A stretch of DNA of 49,891 nt, the filler included, from Bipalium vagum (Eukaryota), in NCBI GenBank assembly GCA_037834085.1. It is 3 parts of 3 records of this genome, joined end to end, with 100 filler letters (N's around TTAATTAATTAA, not from the genome) between each part and the next. Parts side by side here need not be neighbours in the genome. Positions count along the whole stretch, not along the records: positions 15,882 to 32,179 come from JBBMKC010117338.1; positions 32,280 to 49,891 come from JBBMKC010058755.1; 1 more part is not named here. One strand, given 5' to 3'. The notes beneath the pieces were generated by a model that saw only the letters and a list, made by a program, of their open reading frames with translations, ran no database searches and was not told the origin of the DNA. The position numbers and the translations under genes are program-made. Positions 31,020 to 43,637 of this stretch are shown in pieces (within the stretch, counting starts at the first letter, position 1; the number at the start of each line of letters is the position of its first letter).

Positions 31020-31878
31020 TTTCCTGTTTGTTCTTGAAAGACTAATATTTCAACTCTCGAACTTCTTTAATCATCATTGTAGTCGGTTATATTTCAATTA
31101 GTCATTAAAGATGGTACCAAAAACAAAAAATTTTCACCTGGTTTGAGGACATCATGGTACATCACATCTTTATGATTCCACCAGATGCAAAACACTTTAC
31201 TTTCCAAAGTGATAGTATTAATCTTGCAGTATGATTTTTCGTTTTACTTGAGTTTAGAATTTTTAAAATTAATCCATTTTTCTTTTCTTACTTCAAAATC
31301 GGATGTAAGAAAAACTTTCTTTCGTACTGTTGTAACAACATCTCATTTCCTACTCATCGGTTTTCCACTTATCTTTCGTCCAATTGATAAGGCATCCATT
31401 TTCATTACTTTAAAATCTTCCTCATATCATGTAATCACGCACATGTGACTGCTTAGTAACACCAAATATCATGCCAATTTTTTTTTAAAAACTGCCAAGT
31501 AACATCATGAAATTCATTTTCTAAATCTTGGTCATCAAATTTCGAGAGTTTCTGAGAGTTCCTCTACACTACAATCATTATTTACGAAGCATTTAAAATA
31601 ACTATCAGATGTTTTCCATACACATCACAGAGTATCCGGTAGCTTTCTACAGTATTTTTGTTCATCATAAAATAATGAATAGGAACTTCATGAAAAAAAT
31701 ATTTACCTGGAATAAATTTTGGCATGTGTAAATCTAAAAATTCAGAATACATCTTGTAAAAATTTGAATAATTATTCAAGTAAATAACGATTATTAAAAA
31801 AAGGATTAGATCTGAAATCAAAATTATACATCAGTAAATCAATTTCTATCAAACCGCATTATTTATTTGTACACCTAA
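31020..31878 (-). mobile_element. Decayed Mos1/mauritiana-like mariner, 5' two thirds
   Basis: TIR TTAGGTGTACAAATAAATAATGCGGTT resembles the Mos1 TIR. Frames MPKFIPGKYFFHEVPIHYFMMNKNTVESYRILCDVYGKH and KVFCIWWNHKDVMYHDVLKPGE. Confidence 0.85.
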
Positions 31879-32179
31879 TAATTTATAAATTAGTTCGAAC
31901 GCCTTACCAAATTATTCATTTAATTTTATAAAACATATTTATTTGAACAAAAATTATATTTCTCAACTGCATTTGTATTTTACAAATGTCACAATTACGA
32001 CTAAAATAGACTGGGTAAAGGACAAGATTAAAATGGGAATGTCATTTCAAAAAACAATTTTTTTCCAAAAAATAATAATATTTCCGATATTTAAAATTGA
32101 AAGACGTTTTGTTTCTTTTTAAGTCTTCAATTTTTTTTAATTTTTAAACATATTTCAACTGATTTTCAAATTATATTAT

Positions 32180-32279
32180 NNNNNNNNNNNNNNNNNNNNN
32201 NNNNNNNNNNNNNNNNNNNNNNNTTAATTAATTAANNNNNNNNNNNNNNNNNNNNNNNNNNNNNNNNNNNNNNNNNNNN
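32180..32279. other. Artificial 100-nt scaffolding spacer N44-TTAATTAATTAA-N44
   Basis: Same construction as 15782-15881; 12-mer at 32224-32235. Confidence 0.92.
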
Positions 32280-32365
32280 ATAATGAAAATAATAATGAAA
32301 ATAATAATGAAAATAATAATGAAAATAATAATGAAAATAATAATGAAAATAATAATAATGATAAT
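32280..32365. repeat. 12-bp tandem repeat (GAAAATAATAAT)~6
   Basis: Read directly, at a contig end. Confidence 0.85.
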
Positions 32366-32489
32366 AATTATAATTAAATGTTTACCTAATTCAACTAATA
32401 ATCTTAAATTTCTAACTTCAACATGACCTAAAGTTCAACTTATGAAAAACGTAAAATAATTTAACTCAATAAACCCCATAAATTTAAAT

Positions 32490-32632
32490 TTTGAACATGG
32501 TTATTTCGTATTGGCAGAAGTGACTTGATTCCATTGGAGCATACTTTGATTAATAACGTTTTGTTTGAACTGAGTTTTTGAATTTTCAATTATTTCTTAA
32601 AAAGAGACCATTACTTTTGCACCAACTCAATA
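32490..32632 (+). mobile_element. Mariner 3' end with Hsmar1-like right TIR
   Basis: Coding tail W...SIGAYFD* then CCATTACTTTTGCACCAACTCAATA (cf. Hsmar1 GCAATTACTTTTGCACCAACCTAA). Confidence 0.7.
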
Positions 32633-33865
32633 AATAATAAATAATATTATTCTGATATCTATCAAAATCAATATCCACGAAGAGCAAACTTTAATTAATT
32701 TTTCAAGCACAACAATAATAATATATTTCGGGATTTATTCAATACGAGAAAAATTATATACACAATTGACTTTTATATCTCATTGAATAAAATTAATATT
32801 TCACATATTATGAAAGCTGGAGATATGAAATCTCCAATTTTCTGGTCTGGCTTAATAAATAAAATTAGATTTAATTTTGAATTAAAATCTAAAAATCTCA
32901 ATTAGAATTTCCGATGCTTTGGTGGTTTCTTTGTTATTTTAATATTATAACGAAAATGAAATGGTTGGGATTTTCGACAAAATATTTATTTAATATTTCT
33001 TTATTTAAAAATAAAAATCATATCTCGTTTTTTTGTCAAAACATTTTGACATTCCGCTTTAAACAAAATTTCATAAAAAATCTAATGGTAGGCATTTAAT
33101 TATTTCTTTAACTTTTTTTTTATTAATTTATATACAATAAAATCTGGTCAAAATTATTTTTGTTTTAATTTCCACCAAGTCGGCTTTTGTATAACAATGA
33201 CGCCAGTAAAAGATCAGCCATTACGATTATATCAAAAAAAATTTATTATGCATAATTTTGAAAAAATGTAGAAGATTTTATCGTATTTTGATAAAAATAA
33301 AAAGTAAAATATAAAATTAATTGAACGAAATTTATGAAACATGACATTATTAACCGAACGATGTCAGTTGGAATATATGACATTCACTCATTTAAATTTA
33401 TTTCACTTAAAAAAGGATGTTTTTTTCATGAAATTTTATATAAATAAAATTAAGAATTAATTAAAAAATATAAAAAAATAGATTGTATTAAAAAGTAACA
33501 ATAAAAAAATCCTGGTCAATTTCTTAATTTTTTTTTGAATTTATGACATTTTTTATAATCAGATTTTAAAATAATAAATATAAAATATTTTCTGATTTTT
33601 ATTATATATATTTAAAATATAGTGTAACAATAATAGATTAAACCAATTAGAAAATAGGGTCAAGGTCATTTGAATATAATATAAATTATATATTGTTAAT
33701 ATATCATTGATAATATATTGTTTTAAATATTTTTTATACATTTATAATTTATTTTCATAAAGTTTTCATTAATAATTGGCCATCATTACCACTTTTAATG
33801 TTTGATACCTTAAGTTCTATGGCAGACTGATTATTTATTTTATTTTGACATAAAAAATTGTTCAG

Positions 33866-35561
33866 ATTGTGACTATGTCGTACATTCGTCTGCTCAAATA
33901 AACTCGCATCGGAGAAAACATGAGCGCAGAGTTTTATCAAATGGTATAATTCTAACTCCTCAAGATTTCAAGTCAGAATATTCCATTTTGAACTTGTCAG
34001 CAAACGTTACATCTCCACATTCGGATGAAACGATAAACGAGGGCCAGGAATTTCACAGTGACAATCACCAATCTCCGGTTAATAATGAATTAAATCACAA
34101 TTCTGACTTTTTTTCATTTATCATAAATGATATAAATGATTGGGAAAATACGTCTCAGTGGACCCAAGAGATGAGAGAAGTGACCGCAGATAGCGGCTGT
34201 ATAGCCGCATGTACTATACCTTTTAAAGATCACTTTCACTGTTTAACGTTCAATTGTGATGCTTCGTTTAAAGTAAAGGAAAATATCATTGATCATTGTC
34301 GACGACACAAAATTGATTTAATTTTATTAAGTCATTGTTATCAAGGTTGCACTGATCCAATCCATTTAACATGTGAAACTGCGGCCGAATCGTTTTATCA
34401 TTACCATTGTAAATGGAGCAATTGCACTTACATTCGTGCCGGACCTGATGCAAAAATCGACTTTAATTTTCTCCAAGATATTTACGATCATTTTAATAGT
34501 CATGAACCTAGGTTCCATTTTTTTGTAATGAATAAATCCGAGAGAAAGGATATGACAATGATCACTTCAAATGAGAGTAACGAAGAATCAGATGTTTATC
34601 AATTTAATGTAGATGTGGAACGAACAGATACATTTTATGTAAATGGGGAACGAAAAAGGGGTCGACCTCCAAAATATAAAAAGAATGTTCAAATCCCCAA
34701 GATCGAATTGCACGAAGAAGATTTACACGATGACGAATCTATTACTGATCTCACAAGAGAGCATTTTGGAGAAGGAACGAATGGAATAAAATGTGGTTTC
34801 AAACTATATTCGTCCAGCAATTCTTTTTGTTTGGATGATTTGTGTATGTACCATGGTAGATGTGAACATTACCATTGTTTGAGATTTCGCTGCAATCAAA
34901 CGACTGACAGCTTGGTCACCGTTAACTTACATAGACAGGAATTCCATCAATATATGCAAATCGATGATGGTTATGAATACTTTGACAAAAGCGTCAATTG
35001 TCGAAGGCATCAGTGTCCAAGCAATAGAGTCAACAATCATTATCATTGTGTACGCTACAATTGTGATTATTCCTTCAAAAGGTTTAATACCATGCATCAA
35101 CATACGAAAAAGCATTTAGATTTAGAGAAGCAAAAATTTGGCCTAAACCAATTACCTGATGAACAATCTTTTGTATCAAATGCAATATATACCTCAACAA
35201 ATGTCATTTCCTCAACAACATCTTCCTTAGGTACGAAAAATTATTCAAATAATACAAATGATAGTTTTTCCTTTTCACCTAAACCTAACAATCAAGGTCT
35301 CTTTCGAACAGCCCAAGAAAATATGGCACTATCAATCATTCCAGCATTATCCAACAATTCCAATATATCTTTACCACCAAACATGAATCTCAACTTATTT
35401 ATGAATTTCAACAATTCTCTTTCCGACTTTCAGAACACAATCAAAGCCTTAATTAATCATAATAACAGTATGATCAATAGTACTAATAACGGTAACGATT
35501 TCAATAATAGTATTAATAAGATTATTAGCAATACTAATAATATTAGTGATTTCAACGGTAG

Positions 35562-35592
<31 letters not shown>

Positions 35593-35652
35593 CACAATAC
35601 CTATTCTGTGTTTCCTTCTTCATCTAATTTGCCTAGATTACAATTTGAATGA
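33866..35652 (+). CDS. CASZ1: Castor/CASZ1 zinc-finger transcription factor, 3' part (5'-incomplete)
   Basis: Exon 33866-33943 (ttcag|..|gtataa) encodes CDYVVHSSAQINSHRRKHERR, the end of the last canonical Castor finger. A 57-nt GT-AG intron (33944-34000) joins it in phase to terminal exon 34001-35652, which carries four more Castor-type C2H2C2H2 fingers (DHFHC, YHYHC, EHYHC, NHYHC), an RKRGRPPK AT-hook and an Asn-rich tail. Upstream exons not found. Confidence 0.88.
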
Positions 35653-36242
35653 TTATCAGAAAAAATTTTCGACTTTGATTTTCATACATATCGTTTTTCT
35701 TTTCTTTTTTTGGTGTTTTATTTCTTAAACTTTTGGGACAATATTGTACAATAAGTTAGCTGTGGATTGATCATTGTATCTTGTATTCGATCCTTTAAAA
35801 ATGATAATAATGTTAATAATGACAAAATAATAAATACTTCTATAAAAATATTTATTATTTATAATCAGTGAATTTTTATACAATCTTAATAAAACGTTGT
35901 TCTATTATTACATAATTATTTTACTGTGGCATTTGGTGTTCTATCAAACATTTTTATAAGTGTAAGAATTAAATTGTAATTAATGTTAAATAAAAAAAAT
36001 AATTTATAAATTTTTCAAAGAAAAAAATTTTAAGTATGTATAATATATTAAATATATTAATAATATATTAAAATTTAATATTTAATGTAAAATGAATGTT
36101 TTTAATAATTAAAATAAATTTAATGTTTTAATATATTAAAATATATAAATTATGTATAGCTTAATTTTATTTTTTTGTAAATTTAATCGTCCAATAATAA
36201 TAAATTTTGAGATACTGATTTAATGGATATGGTCGCAAAATA

Positions 36243-36894
36243 CCGTGTTTTCCCTATTATAAGCGGCCGCTTATATTATTTTTCGATGAAAAAAGTGGGG
36301 CTCTGCTTATATTTGGAGAACCGCTTATTTTTTATCGATTACTTAAAAAATCATAAAAATATTTTAATATTATAATATTTCATGTTTAATAGAGATACAG
36401 GCATTTTAATCAAATACAGTTAAATCGCCCTCTCTGTGACATCTTAAAAAAAAACTAGATTTTGAACATTCAATTAATTCCTGTGAATTAAGTTTATCTT
36501 TGATAAGTTGTGATAATCTCTCATTTTTAGCTACAAAACTTTCTTCGAATAAAGCCGACTTGTCCGGATAGGCAGCCTTCAACGCTTTTTCGATAGGTAT
36601 CATTAATTTTAGCACAAGCATTACTAACTTACTTAACTATTTCTTGTAGATTCAGTTTTACAAAGTTCCCTTGTACATTTCTCATCATTATCTTCTCAAT
36701 AATTGTCCTTAAATAGCTTATTTATTGATATAATAAATTCTTTATTGATATGTATGCATGCATAAAAATTGCATATTTATAGTTTTTATTTGTATTTAAT
36801 ACCGCTTATATTTGGAGAGACGCTTATTTTTTTACAAGCAAAAAATCATGATACCTCTTTTATTTGGGGTACCACTTATAATAAGAAAACATGG
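36243..36894 (-). mobile_element. Internally deleted pogo/Tc2-type DNA transposon (652 bp) with both TIRs and TA target site
   Basis: TA|CCGTGTTTTCCCTATTATAAGCGG ... CCACTTATAATAAGAAAACATGG|TA; subterminal CCGCTTATATT repeats. Minus-strand relic NKLFKD..MRNVQGNFVKLNLQEIVK*VSNACAKI..IEKALKAAYPDKSALFEESFVAKNERL resembles a pogo-type transposase C-terminus. Confidence 0.85.
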
Positions 36895-37251
36895 TAGAAA
36901 TATAAAATAATAAAAATATTTTTAGATTTTTAGAATAACCTTGAACTTTATTTACACATTTTCAATATAATTTACAATTTAATATATAATTTTTTTTAAT
37001 TGTGAATATTGATAAAATTTATTATTATTTTTTCATGAAAAATGAAACCACGAAAATTCTTGTGACCCGACAAAACCTTGAGATTTAGGTTAATATTCAG
37101 TCAATAAAATTATTTATAAATCTGTAATTTGATAATATTTTAAGACATTTATATTCTAATAATCACCTTAACTTCTGATTAAAATCGAAGAATAATATTC
37201 TTTTACAATCAGTGAATAATTATAGTTAACAATAGGTATTTGTATTATCTT

Positions 37252-37560
37252 AATATTTTGTCACATTATTATATATTAAAATTGTTCATTGAAAAAATTC
37301 ATTTAGATAAAGACCAAAGATTAAAAAATGATAATTTTGTCTTTATTAATAAGAGGGAAGTATGATTTATTTTTGAATTATTAATTTGAGGATCATCGAG
37401 GAAAACAGTAGAGTAAGTAAGCACAGAAGAGTAAGCACATACTATTCTACTGATGAAGACTGTGGATAATGAGTAAATATAGTAGTTGTAGTAGACATTT
37501 CATAAGATTGCTGATTGAAGATATTAACATTGTGAAAGAGCTCTTGAGCGGCAGTAAGTT
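37252..37560 (+). mobile_element. Possible decayed Penelope 3' end with two degenerate hammerhead-like cores
   Basis: Frame KLFIEKIHL...FINKRE* (37252-37365) followed by CTGATGAAGAC (37450) and CTGATTGA...GAAAGAGCTCTT (37511-37545). Confidence 0.3.
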
Positions 37561-38449
37561 ATATTTCGAATTGAAAACTAAATATTGTCCAAATGAAAAA
37601 CTTTACCTCAAAACTCATCCTAAAGAAATGCATTCTTTCTACTTTTAATACTGATATTGAACAAGATACACCAGTCTGATTCCCTTACCTTTTATATTGT
37701 AAAGAAAGTCGAATAATACACTGATACTAACATTTATTATTATTTAACCAAATAGCACTGACAATATACATGAAAAAACAAACATTAAAAACATAATATT
37801 CCCGTAATAAAATAAAAGTTAGTCAAGGACTCTCAAAATAGCACCTATAACACGTCAAGTTTTTAATATACATTTGTATAATGTATAACATAATGTATAT
37901 ATATTATAACATAATGTATAACATTAACCATTTACCGCTGGGACACTTTGATAAAATTTTCTATAAAGCAATTATCAAAAATAATTAATAAAATATTAAG
38001 AGTAGTAACACTAGAAAAATATTGATGATCTTAGAAAAGTATTAGTAAATCAATGATAATGTGCAGAATGATATCGATAACTATATATACACAAATAAAT
38101 ATTAATAAAATTTACCGATAATGGAACTTTTAACCAATTTATTATTTCCAATATACAATATTGTCCCATAAAAATGACGCTTTTTAAAACAATTTTAAAC
38201 AAATATTTTTTATTTCACAAGACTAAATTCATCAGCTTTTTTACACATTTTTGTCGATTCGAAGACCTCTATATTTTTAACCAATGGAATGAAGATTGCA
38301 TTGAATGTTGGATTTTAAAGAACCAACTTCAGCTGCTAATTAACAGATTGATTGAAACGGATTGTACTTCTTAAATCTGGGAAAACAATTGCAGCAGACA
38401 TACGTGGTGTGTCCAATAAGCAGTAAGCGTAATGTAGAAAGGTTAATGT

Positions 38450-38830
38450 AAATTATTATTGTGAGGATTTTTGATAACTGGTTATTTTCTTCAGTCAATA
38501 ATGTGGCACCAATTTTCCAATGTTATTGTCTTTTTCCAGCTTGTGCAAATAGTGTTCAATAGTTCCATGAACATAATTAAACTTTTAATAAAATAATAAT
38601 AACTTTTTTAAAAATTAAAGTTCTCTGGTTATCATAGTGGGATTTTCTTCACCATTGTTAGATAAATGTCATCATAGATCTCTTTAGCCCGACCAAAATG
38701 TGGTGTTTCTTCAAGACCAAAATCTCCAGAATTGAATTTTTTTTAACTTTTAAAGCACATCGTATGGTTGATGGGTTTTCTCTCCAAACGCAGCAAATAT
38801 CAAGTTGTACACATTGGTCGCATTTGTATT
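38450..38830 (-). mobile_element. Mariner N-terminal relic
   Basis: AAFGEK..FNSGDFGLEETPHFGRAKEIYDD..EENPTMITRE..HYLHKLEKDNNIGKLVPH..LTEEN (WVPHEL linker). Confidence 0.75.
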
Positions 38831-39758
38831 GGTTTTGAAGTGCTACAGGATAAGAATACGGCGAGCTTCTCAGAATAACTTGGTATTTTCAAACATTGTT
38901 GGTTGACTATTATTGAATTTTTTGAATTTATGTACATGAATACTATTATACTATGAATTAATATAAGTAAAGTACCAAAATTCATCTGTATATATTCTTT
39001 AAATAAACAATTTTTAACATATTCTTTATTTAACTATATTAAATTAAAGATTCATGTTAAAAGTCTAAACAATTATTTACAAACTTGATATAATATTATA
39101 CTCTATTATTATTAGAAAAATTATAATAAAAATACCAAGTGTGAAAGTCCTCCACTGTGATAAGTCAAATTTGTGAGTTTATTATACTATCAGTAGAAAG
39201 TTACCCAGCGAAAGACTCTTTTTATTACAGATATGAGTTGGTTGGGTATATATTCACAGTCGAGTAGGATACAGGTGTAATTTGACTATTAACTAATTTC
39301 ATTCGATTGAACTTCTGACTTATTTTTAAGAAAAGAGAATGACAAAATAAATTTAGAAAAATAATAAGTTGGTGTTTATTATGTCACAATATAAATTTCC
39401 TACATATTGAATTAAAAAAAAATTTTTGAAAAATTGATGCTGAACAAATTTGATTTCTGTAATGGCTCACAAAAAATTATCTAAAACGAATAAATATAAA
39501 GAAGCCAGAATTAATACTGAGTTAATTTTTGATTTTCCTTACTCTAAATATTTATGTTCCTAATTAATGTAATTTTTTAAAAATTTAATAAGATGTCTTA
39601 TCATTGCATTACTTAATTGTTTGATAAAAGTAAAAGTGATAATCGTAGGTGAAAAAAATTTCAGATTCGGATACACTGAAAAAATTATTATTTAAAATAA
39701 TATGACCTTTTGTTTAAAAATGTAAATTTAATCTATATTTTTAAAAATATTTTTCAGT

Positions 39759-40521
39759 ATGAAACTATTACTGAATTCAAGAATAACAATTGGTTCCTTG
39801 GTAAGTATATTTTATATGTAATAAAGTTTCATTATTGTTATAGTTAAAATCGATTGTCCCTTTGTTATTACCATTTTGCAAAACGACAGCCTTATATTTT
39901 ATTTTATCTTGTCATTTGAAAGAATCTAAAGTGCTTTATTCGATTCTAAAATGCGCTCCCATTGTCACATTACTGATGTTTGTCATTACACAATCCATTG
40001 TGTCTAGATCGTTCAGTAATTACCGGATTTTAGTTGCAGCTGGTCTTTGCCTGTCATGTGCCGGTGATATTTTTCTGGTATACAAAGCTGACGGATATTT
40101 CATTCACGGAATAACGGCTTTTGGAATATCACAAATGATCTATACATGTGCCTTTGGATTGCGTCAACTGAGCGGCAAAATCGCGGCAGCCTTGCTGGCA
40201 CTGAATGTCGGTGTTTATCGATTGATTTATCCGAACTTGAACGGAATGTTAGCCGTTGCTATTCCGATGTATATGCTGATGTTGGGCTGCATGATTTGGA
40301 GTGGAACATCTCAAGCAAAGCGATTTAAGCACGATCTAGATCACGTGTGCAAATTGTTGCCTTCTATTGGATCAATTTTTTATTTGATCTCTGACGCCGT
40401 GCTGGCGCTATCTCTGTTCAATGGGATCACATTTGCTGGTTGTGACAACGTAATCATGGTAACTTACTATACAGCCCAAATGCTTATTGCTCTGTCATGC
40501 ATTGATCCGAACTCGATTTAA
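39759..40521 (+). CDS. TMEM86: Lysoplasmalogenase TMEM86/YhhN family membrane protein, 2 exons, 239 aa
   Basis: Exon 1 39759-39800 (MKLLLNSRITIGSL|gtaagt), 43-nt intron, exon 2 39844-40521. LKSIVPLLLPFCKTTALYF resembles the TMEM86A N-terminus. Family motifs ILKCAPI, GLCLSCAGD, YFIHGITAFGISQMIY, GSIFYLISDAVLA and IMVTYYTAQMLIALS are present, including both conserved Asp (GD, SD). Confidence 0.93.
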
Positions 40522-42894
40522 CCCAGTTCCATTTCGATATGATTTTATTATTTTTTCATCATTTTAATTAGCAGTTTTTGACGTCGTGGAACGAGTTTGT
40601 TCAACGTGCAAGACGCAGATGTAGCAAATTCGTTTCCTTCGCTTTCGAACATAGACCGAATTTCTGTGATATTTCCAATTTTTTTCTTTGATGAAATAAT
40701 TTTATCATTGTTTTGGTTTTGTTTATTTTATGAGATCGGATTTTGTGACCTTTTGCCTTTGATTTTAATTAATGGTAATTTAAATTTTACTTTAATTAGG
40801 TTAGAGTACTCTTATTTAATTTTAAAAATTTAATTAATTAAAATTGAAAAATGCGCTATTTATAGAAATACTTAAGTATTGACATTTCCATTTGTTTAAA
40901 AATTAATTTTTAATTTAATTCTCAGTTACTTTTATGGAGAAGCTCAAAATATTCATAAAATATATTAGAAAGAAACTGAATCGATCACCAACACTTTTTT
41001 TTAATCATTAATCTCTCTTTACTCATTAAAACTTTAAAAAATTTACTGTTTTTGTTAGGATATGGAATTTAATATTAAAATTGGAAAGGAATGTTATTTA
41101 AAATCTTCTTTATTAATCACTGATATCTGTAGTGTTAAAACAGTAAAATTTGTCTTAATTCACAAAGCTATCGAATTCTGTTACAACTCATAGAATCGCG
41201 TTAGGCATGAAATTAGTATTTATCACTTCCACAACTATAACCCTTTGAAGTATTGACCCGGTGGTTTAATTAAAAAAATGATGGTTTAATTTTTAAAAAT
41301 TTAACTACACATAGTTTATAGAAATTCATTCCATAACTCAAAACCAGTTAACTCATTATTTAAGCTATCTCACCGTAATGGGTAAAATTATAAACCTTTA
41401 CAATTAAGAATAAAATTTGAACAGGAGTTATCACGACAAACGGTTGTTAATAGTTAAAAATAAATATGATAAAAGCTAGAGATTTATGAAGCATATATTT
41501 AAAATGTTTTATTAGTAATAATAATAAGTAAAATTAGTAAACTAATAAAATAATTATAATAATTATGACAAGAACAAGAAATGGGTAACAAGGTTACTTC
41601 GTCTCCAGTGATGGTAAATCTTTGGGTTGTTGAAATTTTCAAAAGAATTTTTTTCCTTATTTTTAGTCTTCATAGAAACGTTTTTCATTGATCATATTAG
41701 TCTTAACTTTAATTATTTATTTCATTTTTTATCACATACATTTATATGTTCGTCTTGAAAATATTTCTCTTAGTTAATCATAAAATTGTAATTATTGGTT
41801 TAAATTTCACTTATAACAATGGAAGACAAATGGTTATTTTTTCCTTCTTATTTTCTTTCATCCCCTTTTTTAAAGACAAAATGATATAACTGTCAGTGAT
41901 AATGTTTTGCCATTTTATAGTTTATACAAGCAAAAGTTAATAGTAATATTAACTGATTCATCTAAACAATTAGTACAAATAAACAAGGACAATTTTCGTA
42001 TTTATATCTCAAAGAGTATAAAAATATCAAGTCATCAAAACAATTTTACTTTATTAAATTAATTTAATTTTTCATGTAAATTATCAAATGAAAAAAATAC
42101 ATTACAATAAGCCTTTAAAAAAATTAATTATTATATTATAAATAAATAAATTATAAAATTCATCAAAGATTACAGACGGTTATATTGTTGAAATTTTCCA
42201 GTTTTATACCTTAAAAATAATATAAAAATTAAATATGGTATTGGATATAGGTGAAAATATTATCAACTACATGTATTTTCATAACTAATTTTCAAACGAA
42301 AATTGTTTACATTTATGATGCTATTTAAGAACATGAATTTGAACTTCTCCGATTGTAAACTTTTTTTTTAGTATATGGAACTTTCCATTTTATGGGGTTT
42401 TTACTTGGCTGACTGATAATCGAGTTCTATAGATCTATCGGCTAACTATAGTTCCACATAACTCATTCCGATGATGTTTGGCAGTGTAGAAATAGCAATA
42501 ACTTATATTTTCGTAAGAATCTCGGTCCCATCAGAATTTCATATTTCTTCATACTATGTTTATCAAGTCGAGTTTGATTCTAAAATTTTTTATATGACCA
42601 TTAGTATTGTGAAGATAAATTCTAGAAAAATAAATATGGGGACTTAGTTTCCTTTCAAAGTTCTTCATTTCTCCAGAAGAAAATAAATTTCAGATTGTAC
42701 ATTATTCTAATCAAGATTTCGCAGCCTCAATATCCAATTTTTTATTAATGTCCTTTAAATAAAATTCTTATTCTGTTTTTGACTACTTAGAGATTCGAAA
42801 ATATCTATGTTTCTTATTTAGTTTTTAACGTAATCATTTTGTATCTCAGATAGGCATCAAACATTTTCATAATATTGTCTCCTTATAAATAATA

Positions 42895-43205
42895 TAATTT
42901 TATACCGAACTTCAAAATTGATTAAAAACATAGAAAAATTTTCAGTAAAAGTATTCATCATTGTTATTGATCTTTTTAAGCCATCTTAAAGACAGTTCTT
43001 AAAGATGAGTTCCATCTCGAAAAATTTCTGGATGCTTACACGCGATAAAATCCAAAAGCCATTGTAAGATTTTATCCAAGTACTTGAAGTCTTTTTCACA
43101 CATGGTATGCTGAATTCATCGGAATGAGCGAAAATCAATTGGTGAAATAGAAAATCTGGTGAATAGACCGGGTGCTCCATAATTTTCCAGCCAAGCCTCA
43201 TTTGA
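42895..43205 (-). mobile_element. Mariner transposase C-terminal relic
   Basis: RLGWKIMEHPVYSPD..SPIDFRSFR..LQWLLDFIACKHPE.FRDG..RWLKKINNNDEYF. Confidence 0.8.
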
Positions 43206-43396
43206 ATATTTTATTTGAAAATCTATTTTAAATTGATTTTTTAAAACAATTGCAATACTTACACAATAATAAAAATTTAGATTATTTATTACTAGATCTA
43301 ATATATTAAACCTTTTCCTTGAAATTTTAAATGAAGAATTTATTCTCTGTTCTATCACGGTTTAACAGATGTACACTAAACTAACGAAATCTTTAA

Positions 43397-43637
43397 CCCT
43401 TTCGCTGCTCCACACGTATATATTCGCAAAAAAAACTTGTGTATCATACGCTCCCGACGAATATTTTCGCGCTTAGTTTTAAATTAGTTAGCTGCTCAAT
43501 ACGACTATTTTTACTATGTATTATTCATGTTTTCTGCTCTATACGATTATTTTTGCTGTTTAACCCTTTCGCTGCTCCACACAGCGAAATGCGCACAGCA
43601 GGCACAAAATCTCAAAACGAATTGCGCAGCGAAAAGG
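43397..43637. mobile_element. piggyBac-type MITE with duplicated left end
   Basis: TTAA|CCCTTTCGCTGCTCCACAC at 43397 and again at 43564; right end GCAGCGAAAAGG|TTAA at 43637. TTAA sites and CCC..GG termini are piggyBac hallmarks. Confidence 0.75.

Noticed and set aside
32280-32365. CRISPR-like array
   Set aside because: Simple 12-bp tandem repeat without spacers, in a eukaryotic context.
33988-34000. TTG start of the 554-aa ORF, or ATG at 33920, as the Castor start
   Set aside because: 33988 lies in an intron and the 33920 ATG is out of frame; the gene continues upstream.
36406-36621. Captured host-gene cargo inside the TIR element
   Set aside because: The sequence reads as a frameshifted pogo-type transposase C-terminus.
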